NCBI GenBank assembly: GCA_050050395.1 | Contig: JASFUG010000001.1 | Span: 1 to 38,662, forward strand | DNA length: 38,662 nt | Source of the DNA: Nitrospirota bacterium | Lineage (GTDB): Bacteria; CG2-30-53-67; CG2-30-70-394 | Reading direction: 5' to 3' | In this document: piece after piece, positions 11,301 to 21,789 of the stretch | Layout of the letters: each line of letters starts with the position of its first letter | Position numbering within the stretch: the stretch's first letter is position 1 | Position numbers and translations under genes: made by a program | Notes under the pieces: model-generated | Database searches by the model: none | What the model was told of the DNA's origin: nothing | The model's input: only the letters and a program-made list of their open reading frames with translations

Positions 11301-13613
11301 CTACAGGAAACTGCCCCGCAGAATGTCACGTACGACCCGGCCGGGATCGATGGAGTCCTGGTCAGGGCCCGGTGCCTCGGTGGGTTCGGTAGTTGTCGGC
11401 CGTCGACGGGTGGTATCCGCCTCACGTTCGATGGCGAGAGAGGGCGTCGCGACCGAGCCGACGTTGAGCAGACGCAGCTTGGCCAACACTCGGTACTCGT
11501 CCGATACCTGCTCGCCGTCGGGGTCCGCGGATTGGAAGTACCGCAGCTCCAGGGTCAGGCCATAGCACTGACCGGTCCGATCGACACTCAGGCTCGCCTC
11601 GGATAGCTCACCGTCGTTCGTGTCGAGCCACTGCTCGGCCGCCACCGCCCAGCGTGGTGACAGACGTACGCCGTAGGCCGCCGTGAGAAATTCTCGGTCA
11701 TCGGCCACCCAGCGCATGCCGGTGCGCAGGAACCACCGCTGATCCTTGAGGTAGGACAGGTCGAACCCGCTGACGCGGTGGCTCCCGGTGTCGGTGTTCC
11801 AGCGCGTCTCGGCGTCGAATGCGGTGCCACGTGCGCCGCGGAGGGTTACCTCGCCAAATGCGTCGAGGGACTCGTCCTCGGGGTCGGGTGCAGCGTCACG
11901 AAGGTTGATCGCGGCGCCGGTACGCAGGATCGCGCGGTCTTTGCCAGCGGCGGGCGCGCGCCATCTTTGGATCAGCGACAGGTTGACCTGCTGAGCACGG
12001 CTACGGCGGTCGAGGCGATCGATCTGCGGCACCTCTTTGTCGCTTTCTCCGAGACGTGCGAAGTAGACGACCTCAGGCTCGATGATGTGGTCGAGCGATG
12101 CGTAACGGCGATGCAATTGCACGCTACTCCCGAGGCGTGCGTCCACCAGGATACGGTTGCTGTTGTCGCGGGACTCCTCGACCTCGTTGAAAGTATAGAT
12201 CGCCTCTTCTACCCCGGTTCGCGCGAACAGGTCGATGCCCGGGGCCGGGCGCATGTCCTTGCGCAGCTCGCCACGCATTGCGATGCGCCAGCCGTGGCTG
12301 CCGTGGTCGCGCCAGAAGTTCGTGGTGTTGAGCTCGCTCTGCAGGTGCAGCCTCTCCCCCCAGATGGCCGTGGTGGGTAGCTCCACACGCAGCTCCGGGA
12401 GGCGCTGAAACTGGTCGTCCTGCCGGTCGACGAGGTCCTGAAAGAGGCGGAGATTGACCGTGCCGACCACATCTGCATAGCGCTGGCTGACGAAGGCGTC
12501 GGAGACCAGGTTGCGCGTGACACGGCTGGTATCCGTGCTGGAGAAGCCACGGATGTTCTCGTCGTCGGTCTCGTCGAGGTAGTGAAAGTTCAGCCGCGCC
12601 CGTGTCCGGTCGCTGATGTGGTGCTGGACGTCGGCACGCACCTCGTACGAGATGCCGGAGTCGTCCTGTAGCCGATAGAGCTTCAGCTTGCCGTCACTTT
12701 GCGGGCCGACGGCGTAACGATACTCGCCCCCGACACCGAATCCCTCCAGCCCCTTGAGGTCGAAATACAGCGTCGCATCCTGTGAGTCGTCGATCACCCA
12801 GTAGTAGCTGTTATCAAGGGTGAGGCCGTAACGACTGCTGGTCTCGGGTTTGGACAACAGCAGGCCGGTCGCACGACGGTCCGCGATGTTCTGCTCCAGG
12901 TACGGGAGATACAGGACCGGCACCCCTTGCCAGTAGAAGAGGACGTGCCGCGCCTTTACCTTGCCCTCCAGATCGACGCTCATCTTGTGGGAGCGAAACT
13001 CCCACGTCGGATTGGGGGGACGGCAGGCGCTGAAACTTCCCCCTTCCACCTCGTAGGTGGAAGGGCCGGTCTTTTCCAGGGCGGCTGCCCCCACGTAGTA
13101 GTTCTGCGCCTCCATGTACAGAGCGGTCCGTCCCAGAGTGCCGCGCCCCGTATGCACGCCGAGGTGGGCGTCGCGGGTGTGCATCACGGCGCCGTTGCGC
13201 GTGATCGTTACCGGGCCGGGCGCCCAGACGTCGCCGGTACTCTGGTCGAAGGTGATCGTCGCGGCCTCCACCGTCGTGTCGGCGTACTGTAGACGAACGT
13301 GGCCACGCGCCTCGTAGAGGTCATCGGCAGTGGACATCAGCCGATCGGCGCGTAGCACCACCGCGCCGATCTCGACGTCGCTATCGGGCCCGCTCGGCGC
13401 AACGAGCCCCGCGAGGGACCCCTGCACCAGACCGGCGATGGCCTCACCAGCCGTGTCGTCATCGTCCGACGCGGGGGCGACCGGGGGCGGCGCGAGATGC
13501 TCGCGCACCTCACTCAGGCGATCTTGCCAGGACTCCTGTCGCTCGTCAGCAAGCGCGGCCGTGGTCGCCCCGAACAGGCAGAGCCACAGTGCCGGTAGAA
13601 AGCGGAGCATCAC
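11301..13613 (-). CDS. lptD: LPS-assembly outer-membrane protein LptD (OstA family)
   Basis: It has a signal peptide (MLRFLPALWLCLFGATTAALA), an OstA-like N-terminal domain (RADRLMSTADDLYEARGHVRLQYADTTVEAATITFDQSTGDVWAPGPVTI) and a long beta-barrel-like C-terminus with alternating aromatic residues. The start is GTG 13613 or ATG 13610, and it overlaps the folC stop as GTGATG. Confidence 0.85.
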   Translation of the reverse strand: MMLRFLPALWLCLFGATTAALADERQESWQDRLSEVREHLAPPPVAPASDDDDTAGEAIAGLVQGSLAGLVAPSGPDSDVEIGAVVLRADRLMSTADDLYEARGHVRLQYADTTVEAATITFDQSTGDVWAPGPVTITRNGAVMHTRDAHLGVHTGRGTLGRTALYMEAQNYYVGAAALEKTGPSTYEVEGGSFSACRPPNPTWEFRSHKMSVDLEGKVKARHVLFYWQGVPVLYLPYLEQNIADRRATGLLLSKPETSSRYGLTLDNSYYWVIDDSQDATLYFDLKGLEGFGVGGEYRYAVGPQSDGKLKLYRLQDDSGISYEVRADVQHHISDRTRARLNFHYLDETDDENIRGFSSTDTSRVTRNLVSDAFVSQRYADVVGTVNLRLFQDLVDRQDDQFQRLPELRVELPTTAIWGERLHLQSELNTTNFWRDHGSHGWRIAMRGELRKDMRPAPGIDLFARTGVEEAIYTFNEVEESRDNSNRILVDARLGSSVQLHRRYASLDHIIEPEVVYFARLGESDKEVPQIDRLDRRSRAQQVNLSLIQRWRAPAAGKDRAILRTGAAINLRDAAPDPEDESLDAFGEVTLRGARGTAFDAETRWNTDTGSHRVSGFDLSYLKDQRWFLRTGMRWVADDREFLTAAYGVRLSPRWAVAAEQWLDTNDGELSEASLSVDRTGQCYGLTLELRYFQSADPDGEQVSDEYRVLAKLRLLNVGSVATPSLAIEREADTTRRRPTTTEPTEAPGPDQDSIDPGRVVRDILRGSFL

Positions 13614-14905
13614 ACGACGGGGAACTGGGTGGCCGCTGCGAGCACTCGCCGGGCCTCACCCACCAACGTCAGGGATCCGGTCACGCAGACGACTGTCGTG
13701 GCGGGTAGACATCGCCGCAGGCGCGGCACCAGCGACGTTACAGACTCGCCCACCGCGTCGATCGGTGTTTCTTGAACATATGCCACGAGCTCGTCGGGGG
13801 GGATGGCCCGCGGATCCGCCAGGCGCGGCAGCGTCGCCCCTGCCAGAGGCACCCGGAGTGCAGAGAGAAAACCCTCCGGATCCTTGCCGCGCAGCATCCC
13901 CCAGACTAGGTGCACGGATCTCCCGCAGTCCGCCAGGTAACGCCCGAGGGCCCGGGCGCTGGCGACGTTGTGAGCACCGTCCAGCAGAAATCGATTGTCG
14001 CCGAGCCATTCGCAGCGGCCTGGCCAGGAAACGCCAGCCAGGCCGAGGGTGACCGTCATCGGATCGAGTGGTGCGCCGACGAAGAGCTCGACACTGCCGA
14101 GGGCACAGGCGGCATTCGCCACCTGGTGAGCTCCGGCAAGGGGTACGGTGAGCTCCATAGGCGCGCCGCGGAGCGGATGGTAGACGATGCGCCGGTCGGT
14201 CTCACCTGGGGCGATGGCCTCGGCAGAGAAGTCACGCCCGAAGACCACCATCGGGCTGCCGATCTCATCGGCGCGCGCGCTCAGCATCTGCGTGACGGCT
14301 GCCGGCTGAGGTCCGATGATGCACGGGACGCCGGGGCGCAGGATGCCAGCCTTCTCGCTGGCAATCACGGTGAGATCCTCTCCCAGGATCTCCGTGTGGT
14401 CGCGGCTGATCGGGGTGATGCACGTCACACGTGGACGACACGGGCGCGTCGAGTCCAGCCGGCCGCCGAGACCCGTCTCCACGACGGCCACGTCCACGGC
14501 GCGGGCGGCGAATTGCTGAAAGGCGAGGGCGGTGAGGAAGTCGAAGTAGGTATAGGGGGTGGATGGCGCACGGCGAGCGATCAGGTCTCGCAGGGCCCTG
14601 ACCGCCGAGGCGAAGGCCGCCGTTTCCAGGGCGGCCCCATCAAGGGTGATCCGTTCTCCGGGGTGGTCCAGGTGCGGCGAGGTGTAGCGGCCGGTGTGCA
14701 GGCCAGACGCCCGGAGCACCGCCTCGGCTATGGCGCACACGGAGCCCTTACCGTTGGTCCCGGCGACGTGGATCGCCGGGAAGGCGAGTTGTGGGTCGCC
14801 GATCGCGGCGAGCAAAGCCTCGAAGCCGTGCAGATCGAAGACCATGCGGCTCGGCTGAAGCCCGTCGAGGAAGGAGAGGGCGTCCGAAGTCGGAGCGAGG
14901 ACCAT
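13610..14905 (-). CDS. folC: bifunctional folylpolyglutamate synthase / dihydrofolate synthase
   Basis: It has the Mur-ligase P-loop HVAGTNGKGSV, then TSPHL, VVETGLGGRLDSTR and LLDGAHN. Confidence 0.9.
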   Translation of the reverse strand: MVLAPTSDALSFLDGLQPSRMVFDLHGFEALLAAIGDPQLAFPAIHVAGTNGKGSVCAIAEAVLRASGLHTGRYTSPHLDHPGERITLDGAALETAAFASAVRALRDLIARRAPSTPYTYFDFLTALAFQQFAARAVDVAVVETGLGGRLDSTRPCRPRVTCITPISRDHTEILGEDLTVIASEKAGILRPGVPCIIGPQPAAVTQMLSARADEIGSPMVVFGRDFSAEAIAPGETDRRIVYHPLRGAPMELTVPLAGAHQVANAACALGSVELFVGAPLDPMTVTLGLAGVSWPGRCEWLGDNRFLLDGAHNVASARALGRYLADCGRSVHLVWGMLRGKDPEGFLSALRVPLAGATLPRLADPRAIPPDELVAYVQETPIDAVGESVTSLVPRLRRCLPATTVVCVTGSLTLVGEARRVLAAATQFPVV

Positions 14906-14980
14906 CGCAGGACGCTACGGCCGGGCCCAGAGGCTGTCAACGGCGCTGCGTAGCTCGTTCGAGCCGGCTATCGTGCGCCG

Positions 14981-16150
14981 ATGATCGCCCTCGATGCTCC
15001 CACTCAGGGACTGTACATCCACATCCCTTTCTGCCGGTCGCGCTGTACCTATTGCGACTTCAACGTGGTCACCCTGCGGGAGGCGGGAAGCCGCGTCACG
15101 GACTACTTCGAGGCGCTGAAGCTGCAGCTCGCCAGGCTTGCACCGCCGCGCGCCACCCTGCCCCTGCATTCGATCTACATCGGCGGGGGGACGCCGTCGG
15201 CGGTGCCGGCGGGTCATATCATCGACCTGCTGGCGGAAGTGGGGCGACACTTCACCGTGGCGCAGGGGTGCGAGATCACAGTGGAGGTCAACCCGGGGAG
15301 TGGCGATGAACCGTTTCTGAGGGCACTCCACGGCAGCGGGGTGAACCGGATCTCGGTCGGCGTCCAGTCGTTCGCCGACGCCGACCTGCGAGGCCTCGGG
15401 CGCGGTCACACCGCCGCGGACGCCAAGCGCCTACTGGCCCTCTGCCGGCACCTTGGCTTCACCAACGTGAGCCTCGACCTCATCTTAGGTCTGCCCGGGC
15501 AGACCGTGTCCGCGCTCGAGGCCGGCCTCGCACAAGCGGTCGCGACCGAAGTGCCGCACCTTTCGGCCTACCTCCTTCATCTGGAGGACCACGTGCCCAT
15601 GGCCTCTCAGGTGCGGCGCGACGAGCGTTGCCTGCCGACGGACGGGAGCGTGGCCGACATGTTTCGCTTGCTGCATGACCGCCTCGCTGCCGCGGGCCTG
15701 GGCTGTTATGAGATCTCCAACTTCTCCCGGCGGGGATTCGAGAGTCGCCACAACCGCGGCTACTGGCGGTGCGAGCCGTGCGTCGCCCTGGGCCTCGGTG
15801 GTCACGGCATGCGAATCGTCGACGGCGGCTGGCAACGCGAGATGAACGAGGTGAACCTGGCCCGCTTCCTTGCGGCTATCGCGGCCGGGGGTGACGGCAT
15901 CGTCGCTCGGGAACAGTTGCCGGAGCGCGGATTGCTCGCCGAGTGGGCCATGCTGCGCCTGCGTCTGCGGGAGGGCATCGAGCGGGCCGAGCTGCACCGG
16001 TGCTTTGGTCTCGACGCCGCGGACTGGCTCGATCAGCGCTTGGTACCGTATGGGGCTCGTGGCTGGCTGGAGGTCGACGCGATCGGCTGGCGCCTCACCC
16101 TCGAGGGGCGGCTCTTCTCGGACACCGTGTTCTGTGAGCTGTTCGACTGA
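14981..16150 (+). CDS. hemW: radical SAM family haem chaperone HemW (HemN-like, oxygen-independent coproporphyrinogen oxidase family)
   Basis: It has LYIHIPFCRSRCTYCDFN (the CxxxCxxC radical SAM cluster), IYIGGGTPS, RISVGVQSF and a HemN C-terminal-like region. Confidence 0.9.
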   Translation: MIALDAPTQGLYIHIPFCRSRCTYCDFNVVTLREAGSRVTDYFEALKLQLARLAPPRATLPLHSIYIGGGTPSAVPAGHIIDLLAEVGRHFTVAQGCEITVEVNPGSGDEPFLRALHGSGVNRISVGVQSFADADLRGLGRGHTAADAKRLLALCRHLGFTNVSLDLILGLPGQTVSALEAGLAQAVATEVPHLSAYLLHLEDHVPMASQVRRDERCLPTDGSVADMFRLLHDRLAAAGLGCYEISNFSRRGFESRHNRGYWRCEPCVALGLGGHGMRIVDGGWQREMNEVNLARFLAAIAAGGDGIVAREQLPERGLLAEWAMLRLRLREGIERAELHRCFGLDAADWLDQRLVPYGARGWLEVDAIGWRLTLEGRLFSDTVFCELFD

Positions 16151-16310
16151 CGCGGGGCGGCCAGCTGCGGCGTCCCCGGGGTCCGCCGGTGCGCACCTGG
16201 CGTCTCGACCTGCGTCCGACGTGGAGGGCGATGGTTCGCCACGCGAAAGTGGTCGCCGCAAGCAGGGTCGCCACAAACACCCCCCGTGCTCCCGCCGCGG
16301 TGGTCCGACA

Positions 16311-16868
16311 TCAGACCGTTAGGATGTCCTCTTCCTTCTCCTTCAAGATCTGATCGACCTGCTGGATATACTCGTCGGTGAGCTTCTGGACGGCGTCCAG
16401 CTTGCCGTGCAGCTCATCCTGTGTGACCTCCTTCTCCTTCTCCATGTGCTTGTACGCCTCGTTGGCTTCCCGCCGGTGGCGTCGGATCTCCACGCGAATC
16501 TCCTCCGCCTCGCGGTGCGCCACCTTGACCAGGTCCCGGCGACGCTCCTCCGTGAGTGCCGGAATGGGAAGGCGGATGACATTCCCGTCGCTGGTCGGTG
16601 TCAGACCGAGGTCGGAGGCGAAGATCGCCTTCTCGATGGCCGCGATCGTCGATTTGTCCCAAGGCTGGATAGCGATGAGCCGCGGCTCGGGAACGGAGAT
16701 GGTGGCCATCTGGTTGAGCGGTGTCAGGGCGTCGTAGTAGGTGACCTGAATGCCGTCGAGGAGGTGAGTGCTCGCCCTGCCGGTGCGGAGGCCGGAGAGC
16801 TGTCGCTTCAGCGCCGCGATGGCGTCATCCATGCCCATCTTGGTCATGTCGTAGATGTCGTCCCCCAT
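16311..16868 (-). CDS. frr: ribosome recycling factor
   Basis: The 185-aa product has RTGRASTHLLDGIQVTYY...ATISVPEPRLIAIQPWDKS...IRLPIPALTEERRRDLVK and is canonical Frr. Confidence 0.95.
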   Translation of the reverse strand: MGDDIYDMTKMGMDDAIAALKRQLSGLRTGRASTHLLDGIQVTYYDALTPLNQMATISVPEPRLIAIQPWDKSTIAAIEKAIFASDLGLTPTSDGNVIRLPIPALTEERRRDLVKVAHREAEEIRVEIRRHRREANEAYKHMEKEKEVTQDELHGKLDAVQKLTDEYIQQVDQILKEKEEDILTV

Positions 16869-16872
16869 TGGA

Positions 16873-17595
16873 TCAAGCCTCCGTTTGCACCGTGGTGCCC
16901 ATCACCTCCCCGCGGCAGGCGCGTAGCAGATTTCCCGGGACGGTCATGTCGAACACCACCAGCGGCAGGTCGTTGTCCATGCACATCGCGATCGCCGTGG
17001 AGTCCATCACTTTGAGGCCACGGTTCAGGACCTCCTTGTACGAGATGGAATCATACCGTACCGCGTCGGGATGGATGGCTGGGTCCTTGTCGTAGACCCC
17101 GGCGACCTTGGTCGCCTTGAGGATCGCGTCGGCGCCGATCTCCATGGCTCGCAACGTCGCTGCGGTATCGGTCGTGAAGTATGGGTTGCCCGTACCTGCC
17201 GCGAAGATCACCACGCGTCCCTTCTCGAGATGGCGGATCGCACGGCGCCGGATGTAGGGCTCCGCCAACGATTGCATGGCGATCGCCGTCTGCACCCGCG
17301 TCGGGACTCCCTCGTGCTCCAGGGCGCTCTGTACGGCGAGGGCGTTCATCACCGTCGCCAGCATCCCGATGTGGTCGGCCGACGTCCGTTCCATTCCCGC
17401 CGCGGAGGCGGAGAGGCCACGGAAAATATTCCCGCCACCGATCACCAGTGCGAGCTGGAGGCCCATCGCGTGGACCGCCGCAACCTCACGGGCGAGGGCC
17501 TGTACTGTCTGCGGGTCGACGCCGTAGTCACGGCCGCCCATCAATGCCTCGCCGCTGAGCTTGACCAGTAACCGTTGGTAGGCGGGCGCGTTCAT
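16873..17595 (-). CDS. pyrH: UMP kinase
   Basis: I used the internal ATG at 17595. The product [20 protein letters not shown]...[11 protein letters not shown]...TDTAA.LRA.EI.AD...KAT.V.GVY.KDP is canonical PyrH of 240 aa. The upstream part of ORF 16873..18264 overlaps tsf in another frame and is spurious. Confidence 0.95.
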   Translation of the reverse strand: MNAPAYQRLLVKLSGEALMGGRDYGVDPQTVQALAREVAAVHAMGLQLALVIGGGNIFRGLSASAAGMERTSADHIGMLATVMNALAVQSALEHEGVPTRVQTAIAMQSLAEPYIRRRAIRHLEKGRVVIFAAGTGNPYFTTDTAATLRAMEIGADAILKATKVAGVYDKDPAIHPDAVRYDSISYKEVLNRGLKVMDSTAIAMCMDNDLPLVVFDMTVPGNLLRACRGEVMGTTVQTEA

Positions 17596-17713
17596 GGCGG
17601 GGCGCTGTGGGTCGTTGCCGGTCAGCGAACAACCTTCGGCAGGCAAGGCGCGGGCAACGGTACCATGGGTAGGAGCCGGGGACAGATCATCAATCGCGGC
17701 GATTCGATGACGA

Positions 17714-18619
17714 TCATCCCTTGAGCTGCGCGGCGACCTCGGCGGCGAAATCGTCGCTCCGTTTCTCCAGCCCTTCTCCAAGCTCGAAGCGGGCATAGTG
17801 ACTGATGCTGACGTTGCCACCGAGGGTCTTTGCCGAGTCGGTAAGGAGCTTGTGCACGGCGATGTCCGTGTCTTTGACGAACGGCTGTTCCAAGAGACAG
17901 CTCTCGGCAAAGAACTTTTCCAGGCGCCCGGTGACGATCTTGTCCACCACCGCCGCTGGCTTGCCACTCTCCAGTGCCTGGGCACGGAAGATCGCACGCT
18001 CGTGATCGATGTCCGCAGCCGGCACGTCTGATCGCTGGAGGTAGAGCGGGCGAGCCGCTGCGACGTGCATGGCCAGATCACGACCGAGGGTGGCGGCGTT
18101 GGCCGCACCGTCGCCGTCCAGCGCCACCAGCACGCCGATCTTTCCCCCCATGTGGATGTACGAGGCGACGCAGTCTGCCTCGTAGCGGACGAACCGGCGG
18201 ATGGCGAGATTTTCGCCGATGGTGGCGATACGTTCGGTGAGTCGCTCCGCGACCGAGATCCCATCGGCCATCGGTTGCCCGAGGAGCGTATCGACGTCGG
18301 ACGGGACCTGCCGCAGGATGTGCTCGGCGATCCCGGCGGCGAACGTCTGGAAGTCCTCGTTCTTCGCCACGAAGTCGGTTTCCGAATTCACCTCGACCAG
18401 GCAGCCGCTCTTGCCATCGGGCGAGACGGCGGCCACCACCGCGCCCTCTGCGGCGATACGCCCGGATTTTTTTGCGGCGGCAGCCAGCCCCTTCTCGCGG
18501 AGAAAGTCGACCGCCTTGTCGATGTTGCCGTCGGTGGACACCAGGGCCTTCTTGCAGTCCATCATTCCTGCGCCGGTGCGCTCACGCAGCTCCTTCACCA
18601 GGGTCGCCGTGATTTCCAT
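17714..18619 (-). CDS. tsf: translation elongation factor Ts
   Basis: [26 protein letters not shown]....[20 protein letters not shown] is the canonical UBA-like N-terminus followed by the dimerisation core. Confidence 0.95.
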   Translation of the reverse strand: MEITATLVKELRERTGAGMMDCKKALVSTDGNIDKAVDFLREKGLAAAAKKSGRIAAEGAVVAAVSPDGKSGCLVEVNSETDFVAKNEDFQTFAAGIAEHILRQVPSDVDTLLGQPMADGISVAERLTERIATIGENLAIRRFVRYEADCVASYIHMGGKIGVLVALDGDGAANAATLGRDLAMHVAAARPLYLQRSDVPAADIDHERAIFRAQALESGKPAAVVDKIVTGRLEKFFAESCLLEQPFVKDTDIAVHKLLTDSAKTLGGNVSISHYARFELGEGLEKRSDDFAAEVAAQLKG

Positions 18620-18671
18620 AGCTGATCTCTCGTCGTGTCGGGTGGGAGTGGGTCAGGGAACGATTAGCCGG

Positions 18672-19490
18672 TCAGGACTCGACGGCCTCCTCGTCGTCAG
18701 CAGATGGCTCTATTGTGTCGGTGCTCGGTGGCGCGATCGGTTCCGTCGCAGCCAGCGCCTGGGCCGCGATGTCCACGGTCTCGGGCTCGACGTTGAGCTG
18801 GCTGGCGGCGTTCGGGTTGCCGGCGAGCACCGCGTCGGAGATCAGCCGGGTGAGCAACTGAATCGAGCGGATGGCGTCGTCATTGGCAGGAATCGGCACC
18901 TGCACCTGTGACGGATCGCAGTTGGTGTCGAGCAGGGAGATCACCGGGATGCCGAGCTTGTTTGCCTCCGCGACGGCAATGCTCTCGCGGACCGTATCCA
19001 CGACGAAGACGGCGTCCGGCAGGCGATTGAGATTCTTCAGGCCTCCGAGGGCGCGGTCGAGTTTCACGCGCTGCTTCTCGATCTTGACCGTCTCTTTCTT
19101 CGGCAGGAGGTCGAAGGTTCCGTCCTGCTTCATCTCCTCGTACTTCTTCAGCTTGCCGATGCTTACTTTGATGGTTTCGAAGTTGGTGAGGGTGCCGCCC
19201 AGCCAGCGGTGATTGATATACGGCATACCGCAGCGCTGCGCCTCCTGCTTGATGACGTCTTGCGCCTGGCGCTTGGTGCCGACGAACAGGATGATCTTCC
19301 CCGCCGCCGCCATCTGCGCTACCGACTCGTACACCTCACGCGCGCGGCGCAGGGTCTGCTGCAGATCGATGATGTAGATGCCGTTGCGTGCCCCGAAAAT
19401 GAACGGACGCATCTTCGGGTTCCACCGGTTGGTCTGATGACCGAAGTGGGTACCGGCTTCGAGTAGCTCGCGCATGGTGATCACGGACAT
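18672..19490 (-). CDS. rpsB: 30S ribosomal protein S2
   Basis: [27 protein letters not shown] is the canonical S2 N-terminus. I prefer ATG 19490 because GAGGA lies 7 nt upstream of it. The longer ORF start at 19523 has no SD. The acidic C-terminal tail is plausible. Confidence 0.95.
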   Translation of the reverse strand: MSVITMRELLEAGTHFGHQTNRWNPKMRPFIFGARNGIYIIDLQQTLRRAREVYESVAQMAAAGKIILFVGTKRQAQDVIKQEAQRCGMPYINHRWLGGTLTNFETIKVSIGKLKKYEEMKQDGTFDLLPKKETVKIEKQRVKLDRALGGLKNLNRLPDAVFVVDTVRESIAVAEANKLGIPVISLLDTNCDPSQVQVPIPANDDAIRSIQLLTRLISDAVLAGNPNAASQLNVEPETVDIAAQALAATEPIAPPSTDTIEPSADDEEAVES

Positions 19491-19749
19491 GGTCGATTCC
19501 TCACTGCGACGCGGGTTAGCCATAGATGTCCCGGGGCTCCGTCGGAGCCACCTGCGTCATGGGACACGTGGAATTTTTTGCCTTCCAAAAAGGCCGCGCA
19601 CTTTATCATGGGGGTTATAGGCCAGCAACGAGTCTTGCCTGTCGTCGGTATGCGGAGGTAGGTTTCTTACCGCTTTCCAAGTCGAGCGCGTCGCGGAACC
19701 ATCTTGTGACACCGCCTTATTCAGCTGTCCTACTCGGTTAGAGGGATTC

Positions 19750-20499
19750 ATGTCAGGCCACTCAAAATGGGCCACCACGAAGCACAAGAAGGCCGCCAAC
19801 GACAGTAAACGGGGCAAGATCTTCACCAAGATCATCCGCGAGATCAGTGTGGCAGCGCGCATAGGGGGAGGGGATCCAGCCTCTAACCCACGGCTGCGCA
19901 CGGTTCTGTTGAAGGCGCGGGCGGCGAACATGCCCGCCGACAACATTACCCGGGCCATCAAGAAGGGCACCGGCGAGCTGGAGGGCGTGAGCTACGAGGA
20001 GGTCACCTACGAGGGATTCGGCCCGGGCGGGGTGGCATTGCTCATCGATGTCCTTACCGACAACCGCAACCGCACCGTGGCCGAGGTGCGACACATCCTT
20101 GGCAAGCACAACGGGAATCTCGGTGAGAGCGGCAGTGTATCGTACCTGTTTGACCGGCGCGGCGTGTTGACCTTCGATCGCGCCGAGGTGAGCGAGGATG
20201 ATCTTATGGAGGCGGCCCTCGAGGCCGGGGCGGAGGACGTCGCAGGTGAAGGCGACAGCTTCGAGGTGCTGACCTCGCCCCAGGACTTCGAGGAGGTGAA
20301 GAGTGGCCTTGAAGAGGCGGGATTCGTCCCGACCTCGGCCGAGGTCACCTACGTCCCGCAGACGCGCGTACCCCTGGACGAGAAGACCGGCGTGCTGATG
20401 CTCAAGTTGCTCGACGCTCTGGATGACAACGACGACGTCACTGATGTCTACTCCAACGACGACATCCCTGACGTGGTGTTCGAGCAGTACCAAGGGTAG
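19750..20499 (+). CDS. yebC: YebC/PmpR-family DNA-binding transcriptional regulator
   Basis: [45 protein letters not shown] is diagnostic for the family. Confidence 0.9.
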   Translation: MSGHSKWATTKHKKAANDSKRGKIFTKIIREISVAARIGGGDPASNPRLRTVLLKARAANMPADNITRAIKKGTGELEGVSYEEVTYEGFGPGGVALLIDVLTDNRNRTVAEVRHILGKHNGNLGESGSVSYLFDRRGVLTFDRAEVSEDDLMEAALEAGAEDVAGEGDSFEVLTSPQDFEEVKSGLEEAGFVPTSAEVTYVPQTRVPLDEKTGVLMLKLLDALDDNDDVTDVYSNDDIPDVVFEQYQG

Positions 20500-20647
20500 G
20501 CTGTGCGTAGTGGCATCTACCCATCCCATCCCACCATCCTTACCTTCCCATAGCCCTTCCCCGAGCATCGCTCCCTCTCCTTAATCGTCTCCCCGCTGTT
20601 CATGGCGCCCCGCGCCGCGCCGGTGATAGCCGGCTGAAAGTTTCGAC

Positions 20648-21151
20648 ATGCGAGCTTTGGGCATCGACCCCGGCTCTTCCATGACTGGCTTCGGCGTGGT
20701 CGAGCAGACCGCCACCGGCTATCGCCACATTGACTCCGGGGTGGTGCGGACGCGGACGGCGCAACCGCTACCGGATCGTCTGGCGACGATCCACGCCGGC
20801 ATCCTGCGTATCATCGACGAGACGCGCCCGGATGAGGTCGCGATTGAGGAGGTGTTCGTGGCGCGCAACAGCCGCTCCGCCTTGGTGTTGGGGCAGGCGC
20901 GCGGGGTGGTGTTGCTCGCCGCTGCGCAATCGGGACTTGCGGTCACCGGCTACGCCCCGCGCCAGATGAAGAAGGCGCTCGTCGGTTACGGTGACGCGGA
21001 CAAGATGCAGGTGGGTGAGATGGTGCGTCGCCTACTCGGTCTACGCGGTGTCCCGCACCCGGCGGATGTCGGGGACGCGCTCGCCCTCGCCCTTTGCCAC
21101 CTACATCATGCCGCTGCACGGTGGCGACTGCGCGAGGCCGTCGTCCAATGA
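20648..21151 (+). CDS. ruvC: crossover junction endodeoxyribonuclease RuvC
   Basis: MRALGIDPGSSMTGFGVVE, EVAIEEVF and GYGDADKMQV are RuvC motifs, and the gene sits in the conserved yebC-ruvCAB context. Confidence 0.9.
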   Translation: MRALGIDPGSSMTGFGVVEQTATGYRHIDSGVVRTRTAQPLPDRLATIHAGILRIIDETRPDEVAIEEVFVARNSRSALVLGQARGVVLLAAAQSGLAVTGYAPRQMKKALVGYGDADKMQVGEMVRRLLGLRGVPHPADVGDALALALCHLHHAAARWRLREAVVQ

Positions 21152-21741
21152 TCGCGGAACTGCGAGGCAAGCTCTCCCGCAAGGCGCCGGAGGAGATCGT
21201 GGTCGACGTACAGGGCGTCGGCTATCGTCTCGTCGTCCCCCTCTCTACGTATCTGGCGTTGCCGGATGTAGGTGCCGAGACCCGCCTGCTCGTCCACACC
21301 TTGGTGCGGGAGGACGCGCTGGAGTTGTTCGGTTTTGCGAGCGATGCCGAGCGTCGTCTCTTCCGCCTCCTGCTCACGGTGCAGAAGGTTGGTCCGCGCC
21401 TGGCAGTCGCAGCTCTATCCGGTCTCGCTCCGGACGTGTTCGTTGTTGCGGTCCAGGCGGGTGATGCTGCACGGATTGCGACCGTTCCCGGCATAGGCCG
21501 CAAGACCGCGGAGCGTCTGGTGCTGGAGCTAAAGGATCGCGTTGCAGGTGTCGCCGTTGATGGGCACCACAACGGTGGCGCACCCAACGGTCTGGAAGAG
21601 GACGCACGGTCGGCCCTGACCAATCTGGGCTATCGACCACAGGTCGTCGAGCAGGCGCTTGCCGCGGTGCGCGCCGATGGTGCACCGCATCATCTGGAGG
21701 ATTGGATCAGAAAAGGGCTCGCAGCTCTTGCCAGAGCATGA
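21148..21741 (+). CDS. ruvA: Holliday junction branch migration protein RuvA
   Basis: I used the internal ATG at 21148, which overlaps the ruvC stop as ATGA. MIAELRGKLSRKAPEEIVVDVQGVGYRLVVP...LFGF....ERRLFRLLL.V..VGPRLA...L and PGIGRKTAERL are RuvA motifs. Confidence 0.9.
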   Translation: MIAELRGKLSRKAPEEIVVDVQGVGYRLVVPLSTYLALPDVGAETRLLVHTLVREDALELFGFASDAERRLFRLLLTVQKVGPRLAVAALSGLAPDVFVVAVQAGDAARIATVPGIGRKTAERLVLELKDRVAGVAVDGHHNGGAPNGLEEDARSALTNLGYRPQVVEQALAAVRADGAPHHLEDWIRKGLAALARA

Positions 21742-21789
21742 GGTGTCTCGTCAGGATGCGCCGTCGCGTGCGCAGCGTCGAACGAAACG

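Noticed and set aside
16873-18264. A 463-aa ORF suggesting a long N-terminal extension on PyrH.
   Set aside because: The first 223 codons or so overlap tsf in another frame and are Ser/Arg/Pro/Thr-rich nonsense. The canonical PyrH begins at ATG 17595.
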